Below the pieces are notes generated by a model that saw nothing but the letters and a program-made list of their open reading frames with translations, made no database searches and had not been told where the DNA came from. A DNA stretch of 62,659 nt, the filler included, from Diploschistes diacapsis (Eukaryota): the NCBI GenBank assembly GCA_023645945.1. It is 11 parts of 11 records of this genome, joined end to end, with 100 filler letters (N's around TTAATTAATTAA, not from the genome) between each part and the next. Parts side by side here need not be neighbours in the genome. Positions count along the whole stretch, not along the records: positions 1 to 23,146 come from JALAIB010000269.1; positions 23,247 to 24,961 come from JALAIB010002695.1; positions 25,062 to 26,776 come from JALAIB010002696.1; 8 more parts are not named here. One strand, written 5' to 3'. The first letter of the stretch is position 1, and each line of letters begins with the position of its first letter. Below are positions 14,001-25,642 of the stretch, in pieces. The translations under genes and the position numbers were made by a program.

Positions 14001-14851
14001 CCACATCCAGCTCAACTGGTGTGGTTATGGCTGCTGAACAAGGGCCCGACAAGACACCGCTGCAACTGCAAACCAATGTTGTCGTTGCGTTAAAATACAT
14101 TAACGTTGGAGCCTATCCGCGGTCGTTTGCAGATAGTAATATTTTCAAATTGAACGCCCTAGATGCTTCTGCTAGGTTTTCTGTTCTAGTCAAGGATCAG
14201 AAGCTACAAAGCTCGCTAGGAATGAGCCTTGGCCAAGTTAGAGTCGCTCTTTCGCCGATCAACCGCCAAGCTGGGTCAAATGCATTCGAAGATATCTCCG
14301 TGGACGATGTTATGCAGTACTCTTCAGGGTCGCGGGGCGGCACGATTCTGAAAGTCCCTCGTGTAGTGGCGGTCATGCAAACCTGGCAAGCATTCGAATC
14401 CACACAGATTGAGTACGTCTTCAAAAGTACCTTTGAGGGCAAGGTCGAAGTCGGCTGGAACATCAACCGTATCAACGTTATCAGAAGCATGTGGAACAGT
14501 CACTCTCGCGCTTTGGCCGCTCGGCTTGGGAAAGCATTGCCCCAATCAGCTGTTCAAATCACTGGTGTACCGACTGGCGAGGAAGATAAAGGAGATGTGA
14601 AGATCAAGAAAGAAAAAATTACTGCTGTTGTGAATGTACCTCTGTCCAAGTATAGTTATGCTGCAAGAGAGCCGCCTGTGATCGAGACGCCCCAGTTGCG
14701 AGACATGGGCGAAGCAACGCCGCCGCTCGAGTGGATAGGTTTACAAAGGGAGAGGCTCCCCAATATTACGCATCAAATCATTATAGTACCGCTACTGGAG
14801 GTTGCAAAGGAGGTCGAGGATGCCTATGGCAGGATTCTCGGTGCTTCGTGA
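5082..14851 (+). CDS. CSF1: Csf1/BLTP1 bridge-like lipid transfer protein (~3,200 aa)
   Basis: Two short 5' introns give MKEDLVARGLSYGSFNWPFVVELLAFALVAIAFIFYFNR (TM anchor), then GLEWFVYNRSPVYD, YGPWADRQR, GHRLFGLPPTEPTYVCNWD and C-terminal PQLRDMGEATPPLEWIGL. Confidence 0.93.
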
Positions 14852-15126
14852 GGATGTCCTGGGCTGTTTTAGTTATGACACTGACTTTTACCATTTCTTG
14901 GGTTCACGGATCTTATCTGAAATGCCAAGATAAGTTGTATTCGAACCTAGCTCTGGCTCCAACGTGGGTATGGAGTTTTTTGTGTTTTTTCTTCCCAAAG
15001 AGGTACCCATATGCATAGCTTGTAAATATTCTAAAATGCGATGATGTCGAGCGCTCAATACGGCACCACCACCACCGATGACTACATTCCACTTGATACT
15101 ATGGAGCCTTTGGTATAGCTTGGTGG

Positions 15127-15190
15127 CAGTCACATTCTTTTGTGACTCACCCATGACATGTGTGAATCATGGGCCCACAAGTTGTGACTG
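15127..15190. promoter_or_regulatory. Homol-D-like CAGTCACA/TGTGACTG boxes upstream of EF-2
   Basis: CAGTCACA 15127-15134, TGTGACT 15141-15147, TGTGACTG 15183-15190, about 400 bp upstream of a translation-factor ATG. Confidence 0.45.
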
Positions 15191-15565
15191 CTATCGAGGC
15201 AGATTAGCCCTCGTTTAATGCTAGCGTCGGATTTAAAGGGTGCATTAGCTGCCCTCTCCGCACCAGGCTGTCCTAGCGTATTTTGGCCGCGGACCCCACC
15301 TCAATCAAAACTTCTCAACGCCGGCTTTTCTACATCTTCTCAACTCTTCCCTAATCAGCCACTTCATCAATCTCTTGAAGATATTCGAGGCTCCAGAAGT
15401 CTCTTTATCTTCTTCTTCTTCCTCCACCGCAAGCCATCACAGGCTCTTCAGTAGAGGCTCTACGGAGGGTCGAGCTAGCCCAATATCAAAAGGCGGGGTT
15501 CGCAGGAATCCCTCGAGGAAACAACAAGAACTTGGACGGAGTCGGCGCACATCACAACCGCCAAG

Positions 15566-18458
15566 ATGGTCAAGTAAGTACATCGACGTTTGCTTTTGAT
15601 ATGCTTGATCTTTCGAGCAATACCTCAAGGTATAAGGTTATCCGGAATGATGAAATCAGTACCAACCGAGTATCGAAATATTTGGGGTAAGATGGCTGAC
15701 AATTTTGTGCAACAGTTTTACGATAGACGAGGTTAGCCTTGCCTCCTGTTCCACCGAAAACTTGCCCCTTTAGCATCACTGACAACCTTCGCAGATCCGC
15801 GGTCTCATGGACAAAGTCGCCAACGTGCGTAACATGTCTGTTATTGCGCACGGTATGCATACATCAACAACCTAAATGCTCTCAATTACTAATTTATACT
15901 TTTCAGTCGACCACGGAAAATCCACCCTGACAGACTCCCTCGTTCAGCGAGCTGGTATCATTTCGGCCGCGAAGGCGGGTGAACAACGTTTTACAGATAC
16001 GCGTCAAGACGAACAAGATCGTGGCATTACTATCAAGTCAACCGCCATCTCCCTGTATGCGCACTTAGCAGACGAGGAGGATCTCAAGGACATTCCTCAG
16101 AAGGTCGATGGTAATGACTTCTTAATTAATCTGATTGATTCACCTGGGCACGTCGACTTTTCATCCGAAGTTACTGCTGCGCTCCGGGTCACTGATGGTG
16201 CGCTTGTCGTCGTCGACTGCATTGAGGGGGTGTGCGTCCAAACCGAGACTGTGCTCCGACAAGCCCTCAGTGAACGTATCAAGCCTGTGGTCATTGTCAA
16301 CAAGGTCGATCGTGCGCTTCTTGAGCTGCAAGTTGAGAAGGAGGAACTGTACCAGTCTTTCTCGAGAACAATCGAGTCGGTGAATGTCATCATTGCCACC
16401 TACTTTGATAAGGCTCTTGGTGATGTTCAAGTCTACCCCAACAAGGGAACAGTTGCTTTTGGCTCCGGTCTGCACGGTTGGGCCTTCACTGTGCGTCAAT
16501 TTGGTGCCAAATATGCCAAGAAGTTTGGTGTAGACAAGAGCAAGATGACCGAGCGTCTATGGGTAAGTTAGTACCTTTGGCATGATAGTTACAGCGTCTG
16601 ACTCGGTGTCTAGGGCGACAGTTACTTCAACCCTCACACCAAGAAGTGGACAAAGAACGGTGAGCATGAGGGCAAGCGTCTGGAACGTGCGTTCAACCAA
16701 TTTTGCCTTGATCCGATCTTCCGCATCTTCAAGTCTTGCATGAATTTCAAGAAGGAAGAAGTAGAACAACTTCTCACTAAGCTTGAAATCAAACTTTCTG
16801 GTGAAGAGAAGGACCTGGAAGGGAAGCCACTGCTCAAGGTTGTTATGCGAAAGTTCCTGCCCGCAGCCGACGCCCTCTTAGAGATGATGTGCTTGCATCT
16901 TCCATCGCCCATTACCGCTCAGAAATACCGTGCTGAGACCTTGTATGAGGGACCGACTGACGATCCTCACTGCACTGCCATCCGCGACTGTGACCCCAAA
17001 GCCGATCTCATGTTGTACGTATCAAAGATGGTCCCAACGTCGGATAAGGGTCGTTTCTACGCTTTCGGTCGTGTCTTCGCAGGTACCGTCCGATCCGGTT
17101 TGAAGGTCCGCATTCAAGGTCCCAACTACGTACCAGGCAAGAAAGAGGACTTGTTCATCAAGGCCATCCAGCGTACTATTCTCATGATGGGAAGATTCAT
17201 TGAACCCATTGATGATGTTCCTGCCGGTAACATCGTCGGTCTTGTCGGCGTTGATCAGTTCCTGCTCAAGTCTGGTACCCTGACAACTTCTGAGACGGCC
17301 CACAACTTGAAAGTCATGAAGTTCTCTGTCTCCCCTGTCGTGCGGCGCTCGGTTGAAGTCAAGAACGCCAACGATCTTCCCAAGCTCGTAGAGGGTCTGA
17401 AGCGGCTGTCGAAATCGGATCCCTGCGTCTTGACCATGATCTCAGAATCTGGGGAGCACGTGGTTGCTGGGGCTGGAGAGCTGCACTTGGAAATTTGCTT
17501 GAAGGACCTCGAAGAGGATCACGCAGGTGTCCCACTCCGTGTTTCTGACCCAGTCGTGCAATACCGCGAATCCGTTGGCGGAAAGTCAAGTATTACAGCC
17601 CTGTCGAAGTCACCTAACAAGCACAACCGTCTGTATGTCGTGGCTGAGCCCCTCGCGGAGGAAGTTTCAAAGGACATCGAACAGGGCAAGATCGGCCCTC
17701 GCGACGATTTCAAGGCTCGCGCTCGTATCTTAGCCGATGAGCACGGTTGGGATGTTACCGACGCCCGTAAGATTTGGTGTTTTGGCCCTGACACTAATGG
17801 CGCCAATCTTCTTGTCGATCAGACCAAGGCTGTTCAGTACCTTAACGAAATCAAGGATTCGTTCGTTTCCGGTTTCCAATGGGCGTCCAAGGAAGGTCCA
17901 GTTGCCGAAGAGCCAATGCGATCGATCCGATTCAACATCCTTGACGTCACCCTTCATGCTGATGCTATCCACCGTGGTGGTGGACAGATCATCCCAACTG
18001 CTCGTCGTGTACTCTATGCTGCTGCGCTTCTTGCTGAGCCATCCCTACTTGAGCCCATCTACTTGGTCGAGATTCAAGTTCCGGAACAAGCTATGGGTGG
18101 CATCTACAGTGTCCTGACCAGGAAACGGGGTCACGTATTCGCCGAAGAGCAACGTATAGGAACGCCCCTCTTTAACGTCAAGGCGTACCTTCCAGTCAAC
18201 GAGTCTTTTGGTTTCAATGCTGATCTTCGCCAAGCCACTGGTGGCCAAGCCTTCCCTCAATCAGTGTTCGACCACTGGGCGATCCTGCCAGGTGGCTCAC
18301 CACTCGACCCGAAAACCAAGCCCGGTGAAATTGTCCAGACTATGCGGAAACGAAAGGGTGTTAAGGAAGTCGTGCCAGGTGTCGAGAACGTAAGTTGTCC
18401 TCCATGCCCCCTGAGTCGAGGCCATCTAACTCCCCTCTAGTACTATGACAAGCTGTAA
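15566..18458 (+). CDS. EFT2: Translation elongation factor 2; 6 exons
   Basis: MVNFTIDEIR...[18 protein letters not shown] (G1), [12 protein letters not shown], diphthamide loop [10 protein letters not shown], terminal exon YYDKL*. Confidence 0.98.
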
Positions 18459-19316
18459 AGAGTCATTCACGAGCCGAAGAATTGCCATGCTTTGCATGTG
18501 CCAGCGTGTGTACGAGGCGCTGCCGAGAAGAGCTTGCAATAAAGTTGTTCGAGCTTACCAGCATTATGCGGCAGAGAAGGTAGCCGGGGTTGTTTAGAGA
18601 GAAAGCATCACTATATGTAGTTTCGAATGAATTTTTTACCCCGAGATTTCGATTTGACAGATTACTCTATTGGGTTTTAGCTACCCTTGGTACTGATCAT
18701 TGCGCTCCTTTGCACCTGCGAAATTCTCATAAGCATCTCCCCTTTGCCTCCCTCATTTTCATTTCATTTGTTTTGATTTTTGCTCGCCTATCTTATCTAT
18801 ATTCCGCCATTTTCTTGAGCGCTTTTCGAACTCCAACGAGTTCCCTTGCAGTTGTCAAAACCAACGTTTTATTTAATCCAAATGAATCCGCAGCCTCCTA
18901 CGATCCCGTTATGGCTGTCGTAGGATGGTTGGGATTCGTGGGACCCGTCGCGGTGATATTTTGGAACAGGGGATTGGAAGACTTTGGCTGAATTACAGGG
19001 TCCGAAGAAACACCTTTCCTTACGCATCCGCCTGAAGAGCGAACAAAAACGCTAAGCTATATAAAAGGTAAAAGAGGGTATTCGCTTCTTGGTCTAACGA
19101 TGTGCCATGAAGCTTTCCATAAATTTGTTACAGTCTCATCCCACTTTCTGTTTGCCGCCCAACCCTCTGCTTCTTCCAGCCCGGTCCTGTCCCCCTTTCC
19201 CAACCCTCCCGCCGTTCAACCCCTCTTCTTAGGTCATGCTCATAAACTCCTGCGCCATTAGATCCGCTGTCTACCTGCATTTCCTTGCACTCACTTCTCC
19301 TTGTATTCAGTCTCCT

Positions 19317-19898
19317 TTACTCGTACTCATACGCCGCCACGGAGTCAACATTGGTCGTCGTGATCGCCAAATCGATCGCATCCGCGCAAACGGCGCCCAT
19401 GCTGCTTACCCTATTCAGGACCTGGTACGGCAGCTGGCCGGGAGTGAACAGCGGGCACGCGATCCATCCACCGGAGTTGCCGCCACCAAAGTGAAGCACA
19501 CCGCCCTGGCCATCAAAAGGACCCTCATACGCACCCTCGGGCACATCGTTTACCTGGCCGGGCTCCGTGAAGCTGAACACGCCGTTCTGGGCAACGTACA
19601 CCCTGGACGGCACGGTGGAGTACATTCCGACCGAGCTGCTGAGGCTGTCGATCAGGACGGCCGTCGTGTTGCTGTACTGGGCGCATTGCGGGGCTGGCAG
19701 CGTGCAGGGCGCGTCGGTAGGGACGCCGATGTAGAAGGCGCCGCCAGAGGCAGCGAGAGGCTGGCCGTTGATGAAGCTGGCGTTCGAGGCCGCGAACAGA
19801 GCGCGTGTTCCGCCGCCGGCCTGACGGGAGGATAGGGGAGCGGATAGGGCGACGGGAAGGGCCACAATGGCGGAAAGGGCAATGATGAGGGAATGCAT
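19317..19898 (-). CDS. Small secreted/cell-wall protein, fungal 'IgE-binding protein'-like (193 aa)
   Basis: Signal peptide; INGQPLAASGGAFYIG, C-x6-C, VYVAQNGVFSFT, GWIACP, C-terminal AAYEY; GC-rich codon bias. Confidence 0.75.
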   Translation of the reverse strand: MHSLIIALSAIVALPVALSAPLSSRQAGGGTRALFAASNASFINGQPLAASGGAFYIGVPTDAPCTLPAPQCAQYSNTTAVLIDSLSSSVGMYSTVPSRVYVAQNGVFSFTEPGQVNDVPEGAYEGPFDGQGGVLHFGGGNSGGWIACPLFTPGQLPYQVLNRVSSMGAVCADAIDLAITTTNVDSVAAYEYE

Positions 19899-20671
19899 CG
19901 TGATGTTCGGTGTCTTAACAATGAAAGCTTATGGATAAGTCGCAGGGTAATTTGCTTGGCGAAGCTTAGAACACGTGGGGGATGCTTGCAGATCGAGCGA
20001 GTGGATCTTGGTGATGATGGCACGGAACAAAAGGGGCACGTTGAATCATTTTATAGTCCAGAGCGAGTTAAGACCCTTGCTAGTCGTGAGGATACTATCG
20101 TGAGTTCATGAGACTTAAATGAACCGTTTGGGGGCCGCCGTTCCTCAGCCTCACACGAAAACTTAGAATAAAAGGGGGGTGGACAAAGCTCAGTGAGCAA
20201 GTGGAAAAGAAACTCCATTTCTGCGTGATGATACGAGGTAGCAATACGGTTTCGTATTGGTATTGGCCGTAACGTGACATTTACAGTCGGATTAGCTTAG
20301 AAGCTGAGATTCGCAGCGTGGCTTTGTAATCTCCCAATGAGCTTGGGAGGCCTTGGTTTCCTTTGCCACTCTTGACCAGTGAGCATTAGCAGTTGAACTT
20401 GTCTAAGTAGTGAAGCAAACCATGACAGAATTATATATCGGAATTAGTACAAGGTAAACCCGAAATGCCTTGTATAGAGAGATAACTTCGGCGGAACTAG
20501 AAGACCGGCGCAAACAAAATATGAACTCCGGCCCTATACCGTGAAATTTCAAAAATCGAAACTTTTACTTGAAAGTCTATGCTTAAGTAACACAATGTAT
20601 ACCTCATCTTGACTCTTATCCATAATCTGCGGTCGTGTCGCCTCGCAACCAATCCCACAAACAGCTCCAAG

Positions 20672-23146
20672 ATGCTCGTCGCGGACGAGGAAGTCAACGA
20701 CCTTAAGGGCTGGATCGTCAAAAAGCTCGAGGACATGTGTGTCTACTCCACTCTTTCACTATCCATATCAGTTCTTGATCTGCTGTAGACTAATTCGACT
20801 GTGGAACAGCTCAGATGCAGACTCAGACGTACTTGCAGATTACGTGCTTGCGCTGATCCGCGCAGAAGCTCCAGATGAGCAGCTCAAGGCAAACGCCGTT
20901 GAGAATCTTGATGACTTTCTCAGAGAAAGTGCGTCATATTTCGAATCCCGATGCTCTGCTCAGTGCTAAACTGTTTTCTGCAGACACGATAAATTTCGTA
21001 GACGAGACTTTCCAGGTTATACACGCCAAATCCTACCTCCCAAACTACGTACCGCCTCCTGTCTCCTCGAAAACTTCGCCAATCCTTCCGATACCTACCG
21101 CGACCTCGGATGCGTTCATGCCGGTGCACATACGAAACAGCAATGTCCCAGCAAGCTCTCAGTCCCGCAAACGTTCTTATAACGATGCGAGCGAGACCAG
21201 GCAAGGCTCTGATCCCCACTACAACCATGGCGATCGGGGCATGAAGCAGCTTAGACGGGGTGTAAATTCCAGCTACAACGGTAGAAGTAGCTTCAACGGC
21301 AGTTTCCAGCAGCCATTCTCGGGGGACCCTCATGCAGGACAAATGCTACCTCCAGCGATGCCAGGACAGCCGCCCAACATGCCCTTCAATCCTAACGATA
21401 CTATGGCAGCTATGATGGCGCTGCAAGCCATGGGCATGCCACTACCTCCTTTGCCTACGGCGGGATCGACTCCTGACCAGCGAGGTCCAGGTGCGCCATC
21501 TGGTGGCGGAAAGAGTCGGATCGATGCGAGATGTCGGGACTATGATACCAAAGGCTTTTGTCTGAGGGGCGTTGCCTGTCCATTCAACCACGGTGGCAAC
21601 TCTGTCATCATTCCTGGCCAAACCGATGGTGAGATTATTCATTGCGGGAAGTGCCAGTAGCATACTAAATGTCATAGAATACGATCCTAAGACACCAACC
21701 CTCACCGATTTCCCTCAGCTCCAGAATGGTCAAGTTTCAATGCAAGGTTCTCGAGGCCGGGGCCATGTCCGCGGTCGTGGGCCTGGGGATCGCGCCGGCC
21801 ATCTCGGCCAAAGGCGTAATCGCGCAGAACTCTCCATGGCCGGCCCAAACCATGACAGATCCATAACCACAATCGTCGTCGAGCAAATTCCAGAAGAGAG
21901 CTTCGAAGAGCAGCACGTGCGCAACTTCTTTTCCGTCTTCGGCACGATAGAAGAAGTCACCATGAAACCCTACAAGCGTCTCGCTCTCGTCAGATTCGAC
22001 GGCTACCACTCCGCCAAGGCAGCCTATGATAGTCCCAAAGTAATCTTCGACAACCGCTTCGTCAAAGTCTACTGGTACAAGCCAGACGCGGCAACATCCT
22101 CTGGGGCCAACGGCAGCATACCAGCAGCCGGCTCCCCGACATCGACCGGCAGGCCGCCAGAGGAAGCCTTCGACAAGGAGAAGTTTCAGCGTGACGCCGA
22201 GGCCGCGCAGAAGAAGCTCGAAGAGCGCAAAGCCCTGCAACAGAAGACGGACGCGCAGCTCGCGGAGATCGAGAAGAAGCAGGCGGAGCTCGCGCAGAAG
22301 CGGGAGGACGAGCTCCGGCGGATGAAAGAGAAGCTCGCTGCCAAGGGCCAGTCCATGTCGTCGGACGTCATGTACGTGGACGAAGACGAAAAGAGCGGCA
22401 AGGACAAGGGCGGCGCGGATGGCCGGAAGGCCGCCCGGAAGAGCGCGACGACAGAAAAGTATCGCGCGCAACTGAAGGCGCTTGAGGACGAGGCGCGCAG
22501 CCTGGGCATCGACCCGGAGACGAGCGCGGGCGATTCTGAGCGCGGACACGGGCGCGGACGCGGACGAGCGGGCTTCGGGAGGGGCAGAGGGAGGGGATCG
22601 TACAGGGGGTATGATGTTAGCCAGGGTCCTTCCTCGTATAGGGGAAGAGGAGGCCCTTACAGAGGCACCGTGCGGGCAGGCGGCGCGTACAATCTCGACA
22701 ACCGGCCGAAGAAGGTGAAAGTCGAAGGCGCGTATTTCGACGACGCAAAGGACGAGGGGTTGAAACAGTACCTTTTCGTAAGTTCATCTCCGTTCCGCCC
22801 TTCTCCTTCCATCATGCGTTTGTCCACGGCACGTTGTTTCCGGCGAAATGCAACGCGTTCGATCATGCTTGCTGGCGGCTAGCTAACGGCTAGCTATCCC
22901 AGACCGTCGGCGAATTCGCCTCCATCGAGCCCAATGCCGCGCGCACGGCGCAGACGATCGCCTTCCGCGACCGCTTCACGGCCGAGCAGTTCTTCTACGG
23001 GCCCAAGGAGATCCCGGGCGTCGGCAGGCTGGAGTTTTCGTGGGTCGGCGCGCCGCTGCCGGCCGCGGCTGTGGCCTCTTCTTCTGCGCTTGGTGGGATG
23101 GGTGTGCTGGCGAAGGATGGGGATACGCTGATGGGCGGGATGGGGG
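20672..23146 (+). CDS. RBM26/27 (Rmn1-like) PWI + CCCH zinc finger + RRM protein, truncated at contig end
   Basis: LKGWIVKKLEDISDADSDVLADYVLALI (PWI), CRDYDTKGFCLRGVACPFNH (CCCH), TTIVVEQIPEE...FDNRFVKVYW (RRM), RGG tract, LDNRPKKV; four GT-AG introns traced. Confidence 0.9.
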
Positions 23147-23246
23147 NNNNNNNNNNNNNNNNNNNNNNNNNNNNNNNNNNNNNNNNNNNNTTAATTAATT
23201 AANNNNNNNNNNNNNNNNNNNNNNNNNNNNNNNNNNNNNNNNNNNN
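23147..23246. other. Artificial contig linker (also 24962-25061, 26777-26876, 28590-28689, 30403-30502, 32216-32315, 55413-55512, 57225-57324, 59037-59136, 60849-60948)
   Basis: Identical N44-TTAATTAATTAA-N44 each time; the core has stops in all six frames. Confidence 0.98.
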
Positions 23247-23248
23247 CC

Positions 23249-24208
23249 TCAGTCCCCGGTATCAACCTCCAAATCCAACTGCACCCCCCCACTCACAATC
23301 CCGTAATCCTCGAGCGTCAACTGATCCTTAAACGGCCGCTCCCCCTGCCTCTTCAACAATATCTCATGCGGCTCCCGCCCGATCCGCGCCGCCACCTGCG
23401 CCTTGAACAGCTTGATCGGATCACTCGGAAGGCACGGGATGCTGGCCTTGGTACCAAGACGGTCGTTGACCGTGACGATGATTAGGGGCTGCGAGGTCGG
23501 GGCTAGGGCTTTGGATTTTGTGGCGGTAGATTTTGGTTTTTTAGGTTTGGGATTGGAGGATGGGGTGGTCGTGGAAGGGGTGGTCGCGGAGGGTCGGAGT
23601 TTTGGTTTGTAGGAGCCGAATTTGGCGAGGATGTCGGGGTCTTCTTGCTCCTCTTCCTTTTTCTTTTCTTGGCTCTCTGCTTCCTTTTCGGTGCCAGTGA
23701 CTTTGAGCTGGTCTCGGCGGTCTCGGGAGCCAGAGCGCGAGCGCCGCAGGGACGCAGAGCCATACTCGTCCTCCTGCCCCCGCCTCCGCTCTCCGTCTTG
23801 ATCCCGGTCCTGGCCATGATCTACGTTTCTGTAACTCCTCGGCCTGCTCCTGTCCCGCTCTCGTCCTCCGTGCCGGTCCCGGCTGTCGTCCCTTCTTCTA
23901 TCCGTTCGCGGCCAGCTTCTCTCCCTTTCATTGCCATGACTTCCGCCCCTCCTCTCCCGCCTCGGCGAGCGGGACCTCGAGTACGAGCGCGAGCGGGATC
24001 GATAGCCATCGCGGTCACGGTCACGACTATCTCGCCTTCTCTCTCTCCTGTCGCCTCCTCTGCGCTTGCTCGCTTTATCGCGCGCAAAGTCCCTGTAAGC
24101 TTCCTCGTCGCGCTCGCGCTTGAGACCCCCGTCCTCGTCTCGGTCTCGGTCTTTGTTGCGCTTGTCGGCGTGTTTGGGGCGGGAGGAGTCGCCTTTGAAG
24201 CGGAGCAT
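23249..24208 (-). CDS. Hub1/UBL5-like ubiquitin-fold protein with long RS/RD-rich N-terminal extension
   Basis: C-terminal IIVTVNDRLGTKASIPCLPSD...FKDQLTLEDYGI matches Hub1 (VVVNDRLG...KDHISLEDYE); first ATG of the ORF at 24208; RSRSRSYSRSRSP tract. Confidence 0.85.
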   Translation of the reverse strand: MLRFKGDSSRPKHADKRNKDRDRDEDGGLKRERDEEAYRDFARDKASKRRGGDRRERRRDSRDRDRDGYRSRSRSYSRSRSPRRERRGGSHGNERERSWPRTDRRRDDSRDRHGGRERDRSRPRSYRNVDHGQDRDQDGERRRGQEDEYGSASLRRSRSGSRDRRDQLKVTGTEKEAESQEKKKEEEQEDPDILAKFGSYKPKLRPSATTPSTTTPSSNPKPKKPKSTATKSKALAPTSQPLIIVTVNDRLGTKASIPCLPSDPIKLFKAQVAARIGREPHEILLKRQGERPFKDQLTLEDYGIVSGGVQLDLEVDTGD

Positions 24209-24677
24209 TGTTGGAGTTTGTGGGCGTTTTTCTGAGGGTGTGGATAGATTCGATTTATGGCTGTTAGAGGGAGAGGAGAGAGGATGAGTGCGTGGAAGAG
24301 GGGTGCTGGTGGGGGAAAGTTGGTGGTGGAAGAAGCTTTGGGGGGTGGAAATGCTTGTGATTTGGGATGGAATGCTTGCAAATTCGATGGATATATTCGG
24401 GTTTGAAAAGCTAGTACTATTAGCTAAATATAGGTCACGAGTATGAGACCGGAGCTTGAATGTAATAATGTCCATCGAAAAAGAACTTCAGCGCAAGACG
24501 AGATGCTATACCGGAGGGGAACTACTTTTTTATCCGTCAACCTTCAGCTTTGCTGTGAGCTCTCACCAATCCTTCTCTCAGTCATCTGTCTCCCATTCTC
24601 AGCCTCACAAGAATACAAAATATGAGAATACCATCAATCTACCTCGGCCCTCTCACCACATTCCGTCAACCACAAAA

Positions 24678-24961
24678 ATGCCCCCCTGCCTAACAACAAC
24701 CTCCCCCTCTCCCTCCACAATCCTCTACACCCTCTCCTCCTCCCCGCCGCGCACGACCCTCCCGCAAACAGCCCTCTTCCTCCTGGCCAGCGCCCTACGC
24801 TTAGCAGCGGCCCTGTGGTCCCTCCTAACCCTCGCCTCCTACTCCCTGCACCACTTCCCGAGTCTCTCCCTCCTCATCCCAATCCCCGTTCCCACCCTCT
24901 CCACCTGGACACTGTCCCCGCTCGACCAGACCCACAGCCACAGCCAGACCGACCACCTTCC
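24678..24961 (+). CDS. Probable PIG-H/Gpi15 (GPI-GlcNAc transferase subunit) N-terminus, truncated
   Basis: AAAATG start; LTTTSPSPSTILYTLSSSPP followed by a hydrophobic helix resembles the N-terminus of ascomycete PIG-H proteins; the diagnostic domain is beyond the contig end. Confidence 0.55.
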
Positions 24962-25061
24962 NNNNNNNNNNNNNNNNNNNNNNNNNNNNNNNNNNNNNNN
25001 NNNNNTTAATTAATTAANNNNNNNNNNNNNNNNNNNNNNNNNNNNNNNNNNNNNNNNNNNN

Positions 25062-25330
25062 TTAATAAATTTATAATAATATTTCGGTGAATTTATTATA
25101 ATATAATATCCGTAGAAATATTCGTGTTTTAAAATTTTTAGTCGTAATGTTCGTGTTCGTGTTTTTATTATAATGTAGTGTCCGTGGAAGTGTTCGTGTT
25201 TAAAAAATTTTAATCGTAGTGTCCGTGTCCGTGCTTTTACTGCAGTGTAGTGTCCGTGGAAGTGTCCGTGCCGAGAAAATTTTCGCGGTAGTGTCCGTGT
25301 AAGTGACCGTGGCCCGCAACGGCCAGCCTA
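25062..25330 (-). mobile_element. Terminus of a DNA transposon (hAT-like) with a 72-bp subterminal tandem array
   Basis: TCCGT(G/A)GAA at 25109, 25181 and 25253 (72-bp period); many GTGTCCGTG motifs; minus-strand start TAGGCTGGCC at 25330. The superfamily call is inference. Confidence 0.5.
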
Positions 25331-25367
25331 TCTATAAGACTGACATTTATATTATTTACTTGTGCTG

Positions 25368-25642
25368 ACGTGTTTGACGGGGAAGTGGGCCACCCCAGAA
25401 GTGGGCCACTTCTTATTACAACTTTCATCTTTTTTTTCGATTTTTTTAATAATGGCCACGTCGTATAATACCGATTTAATTTTATTAAAATTTAATATTA
25501 ACCATTGTATTAATGTCTTAAATTTTTAATAATATATTAACGTTCGAGAAGCTATCCGCGTATTTAAAGTTCCTCGTTTAATTATTATGCGTCGATTTAT
25601 TGAAGTATAATTACGTTTTAATAATCACGGATCGAGTTAAAT
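25368..25642 (+). mobile_element. Fot1/pogo left TIR and transposase start, interrupted by an LTR element
   Basis: ACGTGTTTGACGGGGAAGTGGGCCACC; colinear with 59239-59514 until similarity stops at TGTAAAGG (25643). Confidence 0.85.

Noticed and set aside
15646..15699. ATGATGA...CTGA in EF-2 intron 1 as a C/D snoRNA
   Set aside because: Only ~54 nt, the CTGA is the intron branch site, and no terminal stem or recognisable guide is visible.
23147..23246. Recurrent TTAATTAATTAA within N-runs, and near-identical ~1.71-kb segment lengths
   Set aside because: Concatenation linker between size-ordered contigs; not a biological repeat, and no synteny can be read across it.
21737..24381. Long antisense/alternate-frame ORFs over RBM26-like and Hub1-like genes (also over SCOT, EF-2, frq)
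   Set aside because: Shadow ORFs caused by GC-rich codon bias and low complexity in the real genes.
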